Shown: positions 38,375 through 48,515, numbered from the stretch's first letter. The stretch is 64,000 nt of DNA from Thermoanaerobaculia bacterium (GCA_044226625.1 JBGAGQ010000016.1:1-64000), one strand, 5' to 3'. Notes: generated by a model from the letters alone, not told the origin. Made by a program: numbers and translations.

Positions 38375-41300
38375 TTAACCGCGTGCCTGCGTGAGTTCGC
38401 TGTCGAGCGCCGCCCTTACGGACTCGATGTGACGCTTGTGCCCTTTCTCGACCCCCCAGTTGAGGATTGCAAGCTGATCATCCATACCTCTCGCTTGGAT
38501 CGGCGTAACCCCTCGCTCAAAGACCCGCTTGTACTCCTCGACGACCTCTGCCTTCGAAGCGGCTTTGGCGATCTGCCCCTTGAGTAGAGCTTGAAGAAGG
38601 CGAGCGTCGGCAAGATTGATGGAGCTTTCGAAAACCGGCCGTGAATCGCGCAAGCGAGTCGCGCGATCGATCGTTATCTCGAGCCGCCCGAGCAGGTCTT
38701 GATGAACCGCGCTATCCTTCGCGAGAGGTTGAAAAGCCAAGAATTGGCATAGGGCGTAATTTACCTCGTAGTAGACCACTTCGGGACGCTGCTTAGCTGC
38801 TGCTAGATAGATGCGGCTCGCAGCCTTCAAGGTTTCTCGGTGATCGTTGATGAACGCCAGCCGCTTGAATGCGCTGGCTTGTCGGGAGTAGCGATCGGCG
38901 GTATCACCCAGCGATTGCAGCTGTTTCAGTCGCCCAAGGGCATTCTGAATCTTAGCGTTGGCCCATTCTCGGGGAGTTTGTCCGGAAGGCGTCTTTCCGA
39001 ATCTGAATCGCTCGAAAGCGTCCTGCACGACGGTCCTGACCCACTGCTCCACCGCCTCGATCTCAACTCCTTCCGAGTCGGTCGCGAAGGCCGCGTCATA
39101 GAATGCGAGGGCGCGCTCGAAGTCTCCAAGCTCCTGATAGACACGGGCCAGAGAGCTCGCCACCATCGGTCTGTGGAGCCAACCGGGCGGGAGCGTGCGT
39201 TCCAAGCGTTCGAGTCGCTCGCGCACACGTCGGCCACCATCGTTCTGCGGCACGCGCAGGTCGGCTACCAGGTTGTCGAGCGCGTTGCGAGCTTCGCCCG
39301 GATCCACCCAGTGCGGTGCTTCCGACTGAATTTCCTGCGGCCCTCGAAGAGAATAGTAGGGATCGCCGTAGCACTGATAGGCCCCCCAGGTGTTGACTTC
39401 CGAGTGACAGCGATGGACTTCCTCTCTTGCCTGCAACACTGCATCCCCAAAGCAGGCTCCCCCAAGAAAACTCTGATAGAAGCGGGAAGCAAACGTCTTC
39501 GCGGCCTCGTCGTCCACCTCCCAACCTGCTGCGATCACCGCGCGCACGCCCATCCGGATGAGCTCCACTCCGAGGTTGGCTGCCAGCACAACTCGATCGG
39601 GTTGTGGCAACACCGAGGGCTTTCCTTCGTCCATTCGAGCCAGATGGCAAGCGTTGATGAAAACCAGGTTTGGAACCTCTCGTAGCTGCCGAATCTCTGC
39701 TGGCGTCAACAGAAGAAATGAGGGCTTGCCGTCCTCGTCGCCTTGAACTCCGATGACCAGGCCGCTGCGTTTCGAATTCTTCGGGTCGTGGGTGCCATGA
39801 CCCGCGAGATGAACGACTTGATACCCGCGGCCCATAAGATGGCTCAGCAACTCAATGGGATCCGTGCTCTGGACATCGCCGACCTCGAACCGCCCCACAG
39901 AGGCGACATCGTATCCCCGCGATCGTAACGCGAGGCGAACTTCCCGTGCCTCCGCACGCGCTCCTGGAAGGGGAGGCAAGGTTGCGCTCGACGCCGGATC
40001 CGCAATCACGAGCGCGCTCGGGCGATCACAACGCAAGACGTGCTCCCGAAAGTCGTCCGTGACCAACTGACGCACCAAGCCGGTCCGAACCGCGAGCGGA
40101 GTTTGCGTTTGCCCACTTTGCGTGTCGGAGTCGTTGCCGCGGTCCACCAACAGCTCCCAAGGGAATTCCGCAGCGCGGTCATTCAGCTGAAACGCCAACC
40201 GCTGCTGCCCCTGGCTCAACCCTTTGAGCACTTCCGGGAGGAGCAGCTCATGCAGGGTCACGCCGATCGCAGGGTCCACTCTCGAAGAGCTGGTCGGCCG
40301 CCGGATCAAATCGCGAATCAGCTCGACCTGCGTCGCCACCAACTTCCGTTCCACCCGTGCCTTGTCGGTGTGCGCTACATAGCTCAGGGTGCCATCCTGG
40401 CTATATTGGATCTGCAGCTGACGCCACCAACCACCGCGAGACTCTTCAAAGGCGCGACGACGCCCACCAGCCCAGCGCTGGAAGGGCCAACCTCCCTCGC
40501 GAATCTCGACGTCTCCCGCGTCTGCCAACTCCCTGACGTGATGCGCCGCCCGCAATGCCCGGTCCTCCCACAACTCGATGACTTCGACTTCTTCGACCAG
40601 GGAAACGCCAGGCTCCGCGAGCTTCTCAAGGACTCGGTTCGCCGCGGTGACTCCTTTGAGGATTCCCCGAAGCGAATCCAGAAGCGTGAGCGTGGAACCC
40701 TCCGTCGAGCCGATCAGGAGGGTGCTGAATCGGCGGCCGATACCCTCGGGGAACGCCGGAGTGCGCCTGCGCTCCTTGAGCGCCATGACATAGCGCAAAA
40801 CACCTCGAGCCACGCCGTCGGCGAGGTCACCGGGCGTGAGCTCGCCGATCCTTCCCAGACCGACGACGATGGCTCCCAAATCCTGGCGCCCATCAGGGAA
40901 TATGACTTCGGCGGTGCCCGCAGCTCCCGGATAGAGCCCCACGGCAAGTCTGCGCCTCAATTCCCCGCCCAATCGACGATCGAGATCGGCCTCTGCCGAA
41001 AATAGGCCATCGCCTTGGTAATGCCCCACAGCGGTGGCTGCCGTCGCATAGACCACATTCCCGTGGATTACGGAGACCTGCAGCAACCGTCGGTCCGCGC
41101 CGAGGGCTACGGCAGGCTCTGCCCCTAAGATGACCCGCTCGAGCTCTTGCGGCGAAGGGAGCGCGCCGACCGGAACGGCGAGATCCTCCAGGTCCACGCT
41201 ACGCGCATTGGCTCGCGATGTGGGAGGTTGACTCGATAAACGCTGGGTGGCGCCGTCACGAAGGAGGTCTGCGTAGGCCTCGCCATCTCCAACCAACAAA

Positions 41301-43699
41301 TCGCCGTGCACAGATCGCCGATACCAAGTCGGAACCCCCTGAGGGGGCCCGTCTTTCCACAATGAGCGCCCATCTCCATCGCCTTGCATCACTACCCAAG
41401 GCTGCCCCTTCGGGTCGAACCTTACGCGGTCGGGTGTGCCTTCCGACAGACCGGCGACATAGGTCATGCGGCTCGGGTCGACGGGTGCCGATGCCAGTCG
41501 CCGCCTCACTTCCGCGGCGGCCTTCAAGAGATCCTCCGGCGGGCGAACCCAGCCTACCGTTGCGGCATCCTTTTCCAATCGATCCCAGGCGCCAGGAGAG
41601 AAGAAATCCCATTCCGGGGTAGGTGCCGGTAGTAGCTCGAGTACGCCCGGGAAACGCGAGACGGTCTGAAGAATCTCCGCCATCGAGTGCTTGAGATCCA
41701 TTCCCGCGAGCAGACGGATCATCCTGTCCTGACCGAGCAACACTGCGACGATACTCCACGATCCGCTGTTCGGAGTCCCCGCCATCACCAGCCTACAACC
41801 CGGTCGCTTTCGAAACTCCTCCCAAAGCTCAGGCCGCTCGGCGAAGGTCAGCCGAGCGACCAGCCCACCCATCGAGTGCGCCAGGATGCGAACAGGACGC
41901 TTGGAATCCGGGCGAAAGCGATCCGCAAGCGCGACGGCGAAATGCGTGGCGGCCTCCGCAAGTGATCTCCGCCAGTCATAGTCGAAGAGCTGCACGAAGT
42001 GGCTGACCGACAAGAAGTCAGCGATGCCCTGGTAGGCATCATGGAGCAAACCATCGGGCTTGGCAGGCTTCGAGCTGCGCAGGTCCAGCATCGAGAATCC
42101 GCCGAAGAGCAAGTTGTCGTAATCCACCCAAATGCGGTCTCCTCCGACGGAAAGGTGGCTCCCCATGATGCCCGGAAGGATGAAGAGGAAGGGTTTGGAA
42201 CCGTCATCGGTCGGCTGTGCGAGCTTCACCGCTGGCGCCCGGCTCACGGCGGGTGCGCCCTCTTCAGCAGGAAAATCCTTACCATCGAGCGCATCGATCA
42301 GACGCTGTCGGGTGCGGGGGTTGGCAAAGTAGTGGAAGTGATCCACTTCTCCCCCCCGATCTAGATATCGCTCGGTGCGCCCTTGTCTCGGTGCGCCGCC
42401 TTCCATGCCGGCGGTCTGCACGACGAGGTCGTGGTCCTCGCGAAAGAAAAGGTCAGCGGCGAGCACCTTGAGAGTGCCGAAGAAGCCGTGCCCCTGACAG
42501 TCACCAGCGATCACGCTCAGCCGCCCTTCGACGATCACCTTCTGCCGGTTGAGCATGGCCACCAGGGGCGAGCCGGGCATTTGCGCCGCTAAGCCGGGGA
42601 GCTCATCCGGTCGCGTGCGGCGCTTTGCGAAGGCGAGCAGGGTGGACTTGGCGAAGCTGTATACGGGATTGCCCGCGGTTCCCGTGGCCAGACCAATAAC
42701 GTTGAGGACAATTGAGAGCCAACGATCTAGTCGTTCAGAAGCCAGGATGGTCCCACGGGCGGTGGCGGCAACTCGGGCGAACCTCTCGATCTGCCACTTC
42801 TGTCGGCGAAAAATCTCGTTAAGACCCCTGAGTGCCTCCGGATCTCGCTCGCGCCACAAAGGGTCCTTGGCCTCCGTGAAGATGCGCAGATCCGACTCGT
42901 CGAAGGCAGGCAGGCCGTCCACACGCTGTGCGCGGCAGAGGAGTTCCCCTACCAGACCGCCCCTTGAGTGCGAAACCAAGTGAAGCTTCGCGTCCTGCGG
43001 CACGAATGCGGCGAGCCCTTCGGCGAGCTTTAGAGCGGATTCGACCGGGCTCTCCGACAAGGTTCGATGCTCGAATGCGAGGATCCGCTTTCCGTAGCGT
43101 CGTTTGATCTCGGGCCACGCCGCGCCGCCGGCTCCCGCCTCCAGGGTAAGTTTGCCAAAGGCACCTTCGGTGCTCGACAGGGTGCCATGGACCAGGACCA
43201 AAATCGGGTCGGTACCGGCCAAGAGTTTTGCCGGCTCGAGCTCGCCCGGTTGTTCGCAGGCATAGAGGCCGTCCCCGGGCTGACGTCGACTTTCCAGCTT
43301 CTCAGCCAGCTCCCGTGCTGCGAGGCCGGCGAGCGAATCGTCGACGCGGAAGACCCGCAACCCGGTCAGGATGAGGCTGCCGAGCCCCCTCTGGGCGCCA
43401 ACACGGATCGGTACCGCCGAGGGAATCAGCAGAGTGCCGGTGCTGTCCCGCACCGGCTGTACTTTGAGCTCGGTGGGGATCTCATCGACTCGCATCCACA
43501 GCTTGACTCCGTCCGCGAACTCCACTTCCACGACGTCGTCGTCGGCGGCTTCCAGACGCAGCTTATCGGCTTGGCCATCTCTGGTAGCGGCGATGCGGAC
43601 CGCGTCGAGCGCTTGAGCGCCGATCAGGTCTTGCCAGAGCCCAAGGTCTGGTGGTCGGAGGGCTTCCCTCTGGCCGTTGACTTCGAGAATGCGCTGCAT
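38375..43699 (-). CDS. Large CHAT (caspase-fold) protease with two alpha/beta-hydrolase (lipase-like) domains and TPR-like tail
   Basis: VHGTLSS...VSHSRGG; LPGIMGS...LAHSMGG; ELLLP, FPWELL, HLAGHG, FINAC, GWEVDD and WGAYQCYGDP; helical repeat C-terminus. Visibly lower GC than the flanks. Confidence 0.9.
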   Translation of the reverse strand: MQRILEVNGQREALRPPDLGLWQDLIGAQALDAVRIAATRDGQADKLRLEAADDDVVEVEFADGVKLWMRVDEIPTELKVQPVRDSTGTLLIPSAVPIRVGAQRGLGSLILTGLRVFRVDDSLAGLAARELAEKLESRRQPGDGLYACEQPGELEPAKLLAGTDPILVLVHGTLSSTEGAFGKLTLEAGAGGAAWPEIKRRYGKRILAFEHRTLSESPVESALKLAEGLAAFVPQDAKLHLVSHSRGGLVGELLCRAQRVDGLPAFDESDLRIFTEAKDPLWRERDPEALRGLNEIFRRQKWQIERFARVAATARGTILASERLDRWLSIVLNVIGLATGTAGNPVYSFAKSTLLAFAKRRTRPDELPGLAAQMPGSPLVAMLNRQKVIVEGRLSVIAGDCQGHGFFGTLKVLAADLFFREDHDLVVQTAGMEGGAPRQGRTERYLDRGGEVDHFHYFANPRTRQRLIDALDGKDFPAEEGAPAVSRAPAVKLAQPTDDGSKPFLFILPGIMGSHLSVGGDRIWVDYDNLLFGGFSMLDLRSSKPAKPDGLLHDAYQGIADFLSVSHFVQLFDYDWRRSLAEAATHFAVALADRFRPDSKRPVRILAHSMGGLVARLTFAERPELWEEFRKRPGCRLVMAGTPNSGSWSIVAVLLGQDRMIRLLAGMDLKHSMAEILQTVSRFPGVLELLPAPTPEWDFFSPGAWDRLEKDAATVGWVRPPEDLLKAAAEVRRRLASAPVDPSRMTYVAGLSEGTPDRVRFDPKGQPWVVMQGDGDGRSLWKDGPPQGVPTWYRRSVHGDLLVGDGEAYADLLRDGATQRLSSQPPTSRANARSVDLEDLAVPVGALPSPQELERVILGAEPAVALGADRRLLQVSVIHGNVVYATAATAVGHYQGDGLFSAEADLDRRLGGELRRRLAVGLYPGAAGTAEVIFPDGRQDLGAIVVGLGRIGELTPGDLADGVARGVLRYVMALKERRRTPAFPEGIGRRFSTLLIGSTEGSTLTLLDSLRGILKGVTAANRVLEKLAEPGVSLVEEVEVIELWEDRALRAAHHVRELADAGDVEIREGGWPFQRWAGGRRRAFEESRGGWWRQLQIQYSQDGTLSYVAHTDKARVERKLVATQVELIRDLIRRPTSSSRVDPAIGVTLHELLLPEVLKGLSQGQQRLAFQLNDRAAEFPWELLVDRGNDSDTQSGQTQTPLAVRTGLVRQLVTDDFREHVLRCDRPSALVIADPASSATLPPLPGARAEAREVRLALRSRGYDVASVGRFEVGDVQSTDPIELLSHLMGRGYQVVHLAGHGTHDPKNSKRSGLVIGVQGDEDGKPSFLLLTPAEIRQLREVPNLVFINACHLARMDEGKPSVLPQPDRVVLAANLGVELIRMGVRAVIAAGWEVDDEAAKTFASRFYQSFLGGACFGDAVLQAREEVHRCHSEVNTWGAYQCYGDPYYSLRGPQEIQSEAPHWVDPGEARNALDNLVADLRVPQNDGGRRVRERLERLERTLPPGWLHRPMVASSLARVYQELGDFERALAFYDAAFATDSEGVEIEAVEQWVRTVVQDAFERFRFGKTPSGQTPREWANAKIQNALGRLKQLQSLGDTADRYSRQASAFKRLAFINDHRETLKAASRIYLAAAKQRPEVVYYEVNYALCQFLAFQPLAKDSAVHQDLLGRLEITIDRATRLRDSRPVFESSINLADARLLQALLKGQIAKAASKAEVVEEYKRVFERGVTPIQARGMDDQLAILNWGVEKGHKRHIESVRAALDSELTQARG

Positions 43700-44087
43700 C
43701 AGCCATCCCTCCGCGATTCAGTTGCCCGCACAGCAAGGACACTCCTGTTCCTCTTGTGACGGACGCAGCGAGAAAACGAGCCAAAATCGGCCCCGAGCCA
43801 CCTCGATGCGCCTGCCAGCGAGATCGCGTTGCCCGGTGACTCCTCCAAAGGCTCCACGACCTCGGACTTCAAGTGGAGGTCAAGATCGCGGCATAACCCA
43901 TCAGCTCTAACCCAGGAGGCAGCTTCTTTTTAGGTCGGCAAAGTGCCATACGAAATCCCCTGTTTTCGCTTGCAACAAACCCCGGCCGCCCGGCCGCTGC
44001 GAGACACCTTTCCAAATTTCTTCGCAAAGCGCTCACCCAGGAGGCATAGGGGGCGCGTAGCTGACGAACGCGGTGTTTCGATCGGCC

Positions 44088-44170
44088 ATGGGAGAAACGC
44101 ATCCTAGCGTTCTCACCAATGCGGTACCCTGCATGCGTTACGACAACCGCGATGCGATCGCCGCGATCCG
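44088..44170 (+). pseudogene. Glyoxalase/VOC-family N-terminal remnant (contains the right copy of repeat C, 44113-44169)
   Basis: MGETHPSVLTNAVPCMRYDNRDAIAAI resembles the PxLRYxDAxAAI start of VOC proteins, then runs into the convergent gene. Confidence 0.5.
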
Positions 44171-44180
44171 ACGGCCGCGA

Positions 44181-45224
44181 CTACAACCCGATCTCGTCGC
44201 CGTCTTCGAGCAGCTTGAATCCGTGCGCCGCAATCTCCCGCCGCTCGGCGTCGCCCGCCCGGAGCGCCAGGTTCGAGTGGTTCAGGTGCGTAAAGCGGAC
44301 TTCGAGCTTCCCCGCTTTGACGAGCGGCCCGAGAAGCTCCATCGTGTCGGCGATCAGCGGATGGCCGATCGTCGCGGGATCGCGGTCGGGTAGCTCGGCG
44401 CGGGAGTAGAAGGTGCCGTCGAGCAGCGCGAGGTCGATTCCCTTTGCGGCGATCACGTCGGGGAGCGGCGATTTCCATGCTCGCCAGGAGTCGGTGTCGG
44501 GCACGTAGAGCACCGTCCTTTTCGCTCCGCGGATGATGAAGCCGTGGGTGTCCGAGAGCTCGTCGCGATGGGGCACCTGGATCGGTTCGATCGAAAGGCC
44601 CGACTCCAGCTCGAACGGGGCGCCGGAGGCGAATTCGTGGAGGACGACGTTCTTCTGGGCGACGAGTTGGCTCCAGGGTCCGTTCGAGCGGAGATAGGAG
44701 GCCATCCGCGCGGAGGCCCAGATGGGGATCTCGCGGCTCGACAGGGTCTCGAAGCCGAGCCAGGCAAGGCCGAGGTAGTGGCCGATGTGGGCGTGGGTGA
44801 GCAGGATGCCGTCGACCGGCTGGCGGTCGGTTCGGTCCGTGGGATGAGACCGCCAGCGGTGGATCGCCTCGGTTTGCGCCGGTAGGTCCGGTGTGGCGTC
44901 GATCAGGTAGGTCTTTCCCGACGGCGCGCGGAGGGCAAGGCTCGCCACCTTGCGGGCGAGCCGGGGATCTCTCCGGGCGAGCTCGCAGCGGTCGCAGGAG
45001 CACGCGACCTGCGGGTAGCCGCCGTCCTGTGCGGTGCCGAGCGCGATGATCGCCGCGGGTGCGGCGGGCGCGGTCGGCGCGGACGCGGGCTTCGGATCCC
45101 CCTCCCCTACCCTCGGAGCTGGGCCGACCGCGGGCTCGGCTCCCCGAAGGGAGGACGACATCGAGAGGAATAGGACCAGCGCGCCGCCGAGGATTCCGAG
45201 CAGCAGGGCGCGCCCGCGGCTCAT
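44181..45224 (-). CDS. MBL-fold metallo-hydrolase, PqqB-like, exported
   Basis: LGTAQDGGYPQVAC.C..C, LIDATPD, THAHIGHY, PHRDE and THLNHSN. Confidence 0.85.
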   Translation of the reverse strand: MSRGRALLLGILGGALVLFLSMSSSLRGAEPAVGPAPRVGEGDPKPASAPTAPAAPAAIIALGTAQDGGYPQVACSCDRCELARRDPRLARKVASLALRAPSGKTYLIDATPDLPAQTEAIHRWRSHPTDRTDRQPVDGILLTHAHIGHYLGLAWLGFETLSSREIPIWASARMASYLRSNGPWSQLVAQKNVVLHEFASGAPFELESGLSIEPIQVPHRDELSDTHGFIIRGAKRTVLYVPDTDSWRAWKSPLPDVIAAKGIDLALLDGTFYSRAELPDRDPATIGHPLIADTMELLGPLVKAGKLEVRFTHLNHSNLALRAGDAERREIAAHGFKLLEDGDEIGL

Positions 45225-46264
45225 GGCACCAGCATCACCTTGGTACATCCGTCCACCCGGCGATCGAACAGGTCGTAACCGTGCGGTCCTTCGGAAAGCG
45301 GTAGCCGATGGGAAATCATGCGCGCGAGGTCGCCCGCGCGCCGGGCGGCGATCGGCAGCAGGCGATCCATGTAGGCGCGCGCGGGGCAGCGGCCGGTGCG
45401 GTAGGTGAGGTTCTTGTCGTAGAGCTGGGCCGGGGCGAGCGCGAACGTCGGCTCGTTGTGGACGCCGACCGCCGAGATGGCTCCCCCCGTGCGCACCAGG
45501 TCGTAGGCGAGCTTCAACGCCGCGGGGCTCCCGACCGCCTCGGTCGCGCCGTCCACTCCCTGGCCGCCGGTCGCCTCCTCGATCCGCTCGACCGCGTGGG
45601 CGTCGAGCGGCACCGGCTCGGCGCCGAAACCGGCGGCGAGCGCCAGCCGCTCGGGGATCGAATCGAGCGCGAACACCCGCTCCGCCCCCAGCTCGCGGGC
45701 GCCGAGGATCGCCATCAGGCCGACCGGGCCGCAGCCGACGACGGCGATCGTCGCTCCGGGGGCAGCACCCGCCTGCTCGGCGCCGAAGGCGCCAGTCGCG
45801 AGCACGTCGCCCGCGAGGACCGCGATCTCGTACGGCAGCTCGTCGGGGATCGGCACGAGGGTCGCGTCGGCGAGCGGCACGCGCACCAGCTCGGCCTGGG
45901 CGCCCGCCAACCCCTCCCCTTCGTGCACCCAGCCGAACAGTTGGCCGCGCTCGCAGCGCGAGGTGAGGCCCCGCTTACAGGGTGGGCAGGCGCCGCAACT
46001 GGTCGAGAACGGGCTCACCACACGGTCGCCCGGCGCGAAGCGCTCGACCGCGGAGCCCACCGCAACCACCTCGCCGGCGAGCTCGTGCCCCATCGGCGTG
46101 CCGGGATCGAGCCCCGGCTCGTGACCGCGGTAGACGTGGAGGTCCGAGCCGCACACCCCCGCCGCACCTACGGCGAGGATCGCATCGGTCGGGGCGAGGA
46201 TCTTCGGATCGGCGACCTCGGAGCACGCGAGGTGGCGGACCCCTTCGAAAACGACGGCGCGCAT
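45221..46264 (-). CDS. Zinc-dependent alcohol/formaldehyde dehydrogenase family protein
   Basis: CGSDLH, GHE, CGACPPC...C and GCGPVG. Confidence 0.92.
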   Translation of the reverse strand: MRAVVFEGVRHLACSEVADPKILAPTDAILAVGAAGVCGSDLHVYRGHEPGLDPGTPMGHELAGEVVAVGSAVERFAPGDRVVSPFSTSCGACPPCKRGLTSRCERGQLFGWVHEGEGLAGAQAELVRVPLADATLVPIPDELPYEIAVLAGDVLATGAFGAEQAGAAPGATIAVVGCGPVGLMAILGARELGAERVFALDSIPERLALAAGFGAEPVPLDAHAVERIEEATGGQGVDGATEAVGSPAALKLAYDLVRTGGAISAVGVHNEPTFALAPAQLYDKNLTYRTGRCPARAYMDRLLPIAARRAGDLARMISHRLPLSEGPHGYDLFDRRVDGCTKVMLVP

Positions 46265-46293
46265 AAGTGGAGTTGGGCTCGGGGGAAAAGGGG

Positions 46294-46656
46294 CTAGAAC
46301 AGCTCGCTCACCAGCTCGGAGCCCGCCGCGAGCAGGCTTGCGCGGGCGCGCGCCACCTGCCCCGGATGGCGCTGCACGAGCGCCAGGCAATAGCCGTCGG
46401 GCAGCGGCAGGACGTGGATGTGCACCTGGCGCTTCTCGATGTGGATCAGCTGCGTCTTGCCCAGATGGTTGAGCGTCATGACCTTCTCGAGGTGCCGCAT
46501 GTAGATGCCGAGATAGGCGCCGATCACCTGGAGGTCGTAATGGGCGATGCCGGTCGAGGCGAGATGGACCGTCTCGCCGGTGGGATCCAGGAACAGCACG
46601 CCGATCGCGTCGTCCTGCGTGGAGAGCAAGCGGGCCAGGGTGTCTTCGAAAGCCAT
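46294..46656 (-). CDS. Roadblock/LC7 (MglB-like) domain protein
   Basis: 120 aa with a DAIGVLFLDPTGETV...YCLALV...GQVARAR pattern. Confidence 0.7.
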   Translation of the reverse strand: MAFEDTLARLLSTQDDAIGVLFLDPTGETVHLASTGIAHYDLQVIGAYLGIYMRHLEKVMTLNHLGKTQLIHIEKRQVHIHVLPLPDGYCLALVQRHPGQVARARASLLAAGSELVSELF

Positions 46657-46714
46657 GAGAAAACCTCGCGCTGCGAACTCGGGCGAAAAACCTAGGCCAA
46701 TCGACTTCGGCCGA

Positions 46715-48469
46715 CTAACCTCGGGCCACCATCAATTCGAACGGCTGGGGATTGCCTTGGGGACCGGACAGGCGGGCTTCGGCCGGGCGGATCTCCCCGG
46801 CGTCGTAAGCGCGCAGGAACGCGGTGACGACCTTGGCGTCGAAGCGGCTTCCCGCGAGCTTGGTGGTCGTGTCGACCGCGAAGCTCAAATCGTAGGCCTG
46901 CTGATAGGGACGGTTCGTGGTCACCGCGTCGAAGGTGTCGGCGACCGCGACGATGCGCGCGAACAGCGGAATCTGCTCGCCACGGAGACCGTCCGGATAG
47001 CCGCGGCCGTTCCAGCTCTCGTGGTGCCAGCGGACGGCGGGAAGGACGTCCTTGAGCTGTTCGATCGGCGACAGGATCTCGGCGCCGATCACCGTGTGGA
47101 GCTTCATCTGCTCGTATTCGTCGGGGGTGAGGACCCCCACCTTCTTCAAGATCCGGTCGTCGACGCCGATCTTGCCCACGTCGTGGAGCAGCGCGCCGAT
47201 CCAGACCGTCTCGATCTGATCGTCGGTGAAGCCGAGGCGCGACGCGATCGCCCGCGAGAACGTCGCCACCCGCTCGGAGTGGCCGCGCGTATACGGGTCC
47301 TTCGCGTCGATCGCCGCGGCGAAAGCGCGCAAAGAGCCGATGAACAGATCGCGGTTCGCTTTCGCCGCCGTGCGCAGCTGCTCGACCAAGCTTTCGAGCT
47401 GATCGCTCATGCGGTTGAAGTCTTCCGCGAGGTCGCCGAGCTCGCGCCCGATCCCTTCGGATTCCAGACGCCGCTCGAAATGCCCCTCCGCGATCTCGTG
47501 GGTGCGTAGCGCGAGCGTCTGGATCGGCCGGCTCGCCCGGCGGGCCGAGAGATAGGCGACGGCGAGCGCCATGCCGATCAGGACGAGCGTCGAGGCGATG
47601 GTGTTCCATACCATCTTCCGGACCATCTCGAAGGCGAGCCGCGCGGGCTTCTGGACCACCACGCCCCAGCCGCTCTCGCGCACGCTGCTCACCTGCGCGA
47701 GGTAGCGCTGCGGCTTGCCGCCGGCCGCGACCACGTACTCCTTGGTGAGATCGAGCGGGCGGTTCTTGAAATCGACCAGCACCTTGGAGGCGACGAGCGC
47801 GCGCGTCGTCTCGGGAGTCAGCCCGCGAGACCAGAGGATGCTCCCCGCCTCGTCGATCAGCGCGATCGCGCCGGACCTGCTCGCCTCTTCCCGATAGAGG
47901 TTCGCGGCGGGGGTGAACGCGAACAGGGCGACCATGACGAGGCGCGGCGCGGCCGCCGGCACGGGCACCGCGAGGGCGGCCACCGGGTTCTTCTGCTCGC
48001 CGCGGACGAAGACATAAGTGGGCTTGCGGTGCGAGAGCGCCTTTCGGAACGCGATGTCGACCGCCTCACCCCGCGCCGGCGAGAGCGTCGGGAGCAGCGC
48101 GTGTCCCGAGGGGTCGAGCACGCCGATCACGTCCGCCGCCGAGGTGCGGGTGACGTCGGCGAGGTAGGGCGCGACCCAGGGCTGCTGGAGCCGCGCGAGC
48201 GCGTCGTCCGGGCCGGGGGTCGCGAGCAGCACCTGTCCGACGAGCGTGAGCTCCCGCCGCGTCGCCGCGAGGTCGGCGTCGACCTGCCGCGACAGGGCAC
48301 CCACCTCGCGGATCAGCACGTCGCGCTCGGCGTTCTGGATCAGGCCGCGGTTTTGGAGCAGGAGCAGGGCCCCCGAGAGGACCAAGGGGAGGATGCCAGA
48401 GAGCAGCAGGAGGAAAAAGAAGACCGATCGCAGCGACAGGCGGCGAAATAGGCTGCGAGGAGAGGTCAT
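46715..48469 (-). CDS. Membrane HD-GYP phosphodiesterase with periplasmic sensor and HAMP domain
   Basis: Two TM helices, HAMP (ELGDLAEDFNRM), TRGHSERV, LLHDVGKIG and HHESWNGRGYPDGL. Confidence 0.93.
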   Translation of the reverse strand: MTSPRSLFRRLSLRSVFFFLLLLSGILPLVLSGALLLLQNRGLIQNAERDVLIREVGALSRQVDADLAATRRELTLVGQVLLATPGPDDALARLQQPWVAPYLADVTRTSAADVIGVLDPSGHALLPTLSPARGEAVDIAFRKALSHRKPTYVFVRGEQKNPVAALAVPVPAAAPRLVMVALFAFTPAANLYREEASRSGAIALIDEAGSILWSRGLTPETTRALVASKVLVDFKNRPLDLTKEYVVAAGGKPQRYLAQVSSVRESGWGVVVQKPARLAFEMVRKMVWNTIASTLVLIGMALAVAYLSARRASRPIQTLALRTHEIAEGHFERRLESEGIGRELGDLAEDFNRMSDQLESLVEQLRTAAKANRDLFIGSLRAFAAAIDAKDPYTRGHSERVATFSRAIASRLGFTDDQIETVWIGALLHDVGKIGVDDRILKKVGVLTPDEYEQMKLHTVIGAEILSPIEQLKDVLPAVRWHHESWNGRGYPDGLRGEQIPLFARIVAVADTFDAVTTNRPYQQAYDLSFAVDTTTKLAGSRFDAKVVTAFLRAYDAGEIRPAEARLSGPQGNPQPFELMVARG

Positions 48470-48515
48470 GCGCTCAGGCTGCCGGGTTCTTCGTTCCAGT
48501 GTTCCAAAGCACGCA

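Noticed and set aside
43910-44046. 12-bp direct repeat ACCCAGGAGGCA upstream of the CHAT gene
   Set aside because: Only two short copies with no further structure; could be chance.
44181-45224. PQQ biosynthesis cluster
   Set aside because: No pqqA/C/D/E genes are nearby, and the protein has a signal or anchor sequence.
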